DNA of 62,936 nt, the filler included, from Octopus bimaculoides (lineage: Eukaryota), in NCBI RefSeq assembly GCF_001194135.2. It is 7 parts of 5 records of this genome, joined end to end, with 100 filler letters (N's around TTAATTAATTAA, not from the genome) between each part and the next. Parts side by side here need not be neighbours in the genome. Positions count along the whole stretch, not along the records: positions 60,622 to 62,936 come from NC_068988.1; 6 more parts are not named here. One strand, written 5' to 3'. The number at the start of each line of letters is the position of its first letter. Positions within the stretch are counted from its first letter, which is position 1. The notes under the pieces are model-generated. The model saw only the letters and a list, made by a program, of their open reading frames with translations. It searched no databases and had not been told where the DNA came from. Position numbers and translations under genes: made by a program. Shown piece by piece: positions 61,436 to 62,936 of the stretch.

Positions 61436-62220
61436 NNNNNNNNNNNNNNNNNNNNNNNNNNNNNNNNNNNNNNNNNNNNNNNNNNNNNNNNNNNNNNNNN
61501 NNNNNNNNNNNNNNNNNNNNNNNNNNNNNNNNNNNNNNNNNNNNNNNNNNNNNNNNNNNNNNNNNNNNNNNNNNNNNNNNNNNNNNNNNNNNNNNNNNNN
61601 NNNNNNNNNNNNNNNNNNNNNNNNNNNNNNNNNNNNNNNNNNNNNNNNNNNNNNNNNNNNNNNNNNNNNNNNNNNNNNNNNNNNNNNNNNNNNNNNNNNN
61701 NNNNNNNNNNNNNNNNNNGGAGAAACAATAAAAAGACGGACAGTAAAAAAAACAACGACGGGGCATTCGCAGGCTTCACTCATCAGTCAAATTTCCAGAT
61801 CATCCTTACAATTTCGGCCGGTTACACCTTAGACTGGCTGGCCCCAAAATTCTAAGCTAAGAGCATTATACTTTTTGGGAGACAACAAGCGAATGTGTAC
61901 GGCAACAAACACAAAAAAACAAAGAAAATGTAACACAATTACAAATACAAACAACAAGAAAATAACAACAGGTGTCTTTCGACCAATAAGGACGAAACAA
62001 GTTGAGCTGGCGTGTGCAGCTTATTTTCCCATTAAGTTAAGATCAACTAAAAAAGCATTCTATCAAGCGAGAGATAAATATTGTTTGATGTACACAGTAT
62101 AAAGTTTTGAGCTACTAATAGTTTCATACATTGGAGATGATGTCTTGGCAGGTTTTGATAGCACACTTCAACGTATGAAACTATTAGTAGCTCATAACTA
62201 CATACTGTGTACATTAAACT

Positions 62221-62253
<33 letters not shown>

Positions 62254-62624
62254 TTTACGACGTAATTCTTTCATGTCCGTCCACCAAATCCACTCACAAC
62301 GCTATGATCTGTCCGAGTCTGTAGTAGAAAGCACTTGAGAAAGGTGACATGCAGTGAGACCGAACCCGAAATAATGCGAATGGGAGGGACCCTCTTACCA
62401 TGTACCCACGCCTGTTATGTACTTTTATTTTATGATGGCAGAGTATTATTCGAGATGAATATTTGGCAGCTATTTCTATTTAATTCTAGTGAGCCGATAT
62501 ACAGCATACATTTTTCCTTCATTGACTGACTTATATGTTTTAATACTGCGGTATGTATGTGAATGTATATGCAAGTAGGATGTGTGATAAAAGGTGTGTG
62601 CATGTGCAAGAGAGTGTGTATGAC

Positions 62625-62665
<41 letters not shown>

Positions 62666-62936
62666 GTGTGTGTGTGCGTGTGAATGTGGTCAGCAATTCT
62701 GATTGGAAGATCCGCTTAGTAGAGAATTGATAGCGAGAAGACAAAAGTATGTGAACAGGAAAACCTACTTATTTATGATCGTATGTGAAGGTGAATGTGT
62801 GTATGCGCGCGTGCGTGTTTCTGTACGGCAGTATTTCTTTCAATATGAAACCAATATACATACAGTATACATATTAAATATATGGAAATATTCACACATA
62901 TATTTGTATATATAATATATACTATCTTTAAGCTAC

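Overview
Eukaryotic, repeat-rich genomic DNA, most consistent with an octopus (coleoid cephalopod) draft assembly; the taxon call is from recollection of its RTE LINE and tRNA-SINE families. Seven sequence blocks are joined by artificial ~100-nt N-TTAATTAATTAA-N spacers, so true distances between blocks are unknown. Reading splice sites by eye gives exons of three host genes that the ORF track misses or mistranslates: RALBP1/RLIP76 (+; three phase-compatible exons, 7684-12778), ABCD4 (-; ATG exon, a 20-nt micro-exon and a 119-nt exon, 38177-40107, promoter near 41.9 kb) and an OATP4/SLCO4-like transporter (-; two phase-compatible exons, 54951-58789). All three genes are incomplete here. The rest is mobile DNA and microsatellites: RTE and RTE-BovB LINEs, Tx1-clade LINE fragments, Penelope, Helitron, mariner and pogo fossils, TA- and TTAA-flanked MITEs, a solo LTR nested in a mariner, and at least three tRNA-derived SINE families. 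Best second-look items: a structure-conserved hairpin array in RTE 3'UTRs that has expanded into a 62-bp minisatellite; overlapping GC/GT donors coupled to a micro-exon in ABCD4; a CpG-rich, ETS-motif promoter-like island inside an ABCD4 intron beside a pogo fossil; and possible (TCTA)n targeting by a Tx1 element. No prokaryote-type system, CRISPR array, rRNA or genuine tRNA gene is present.
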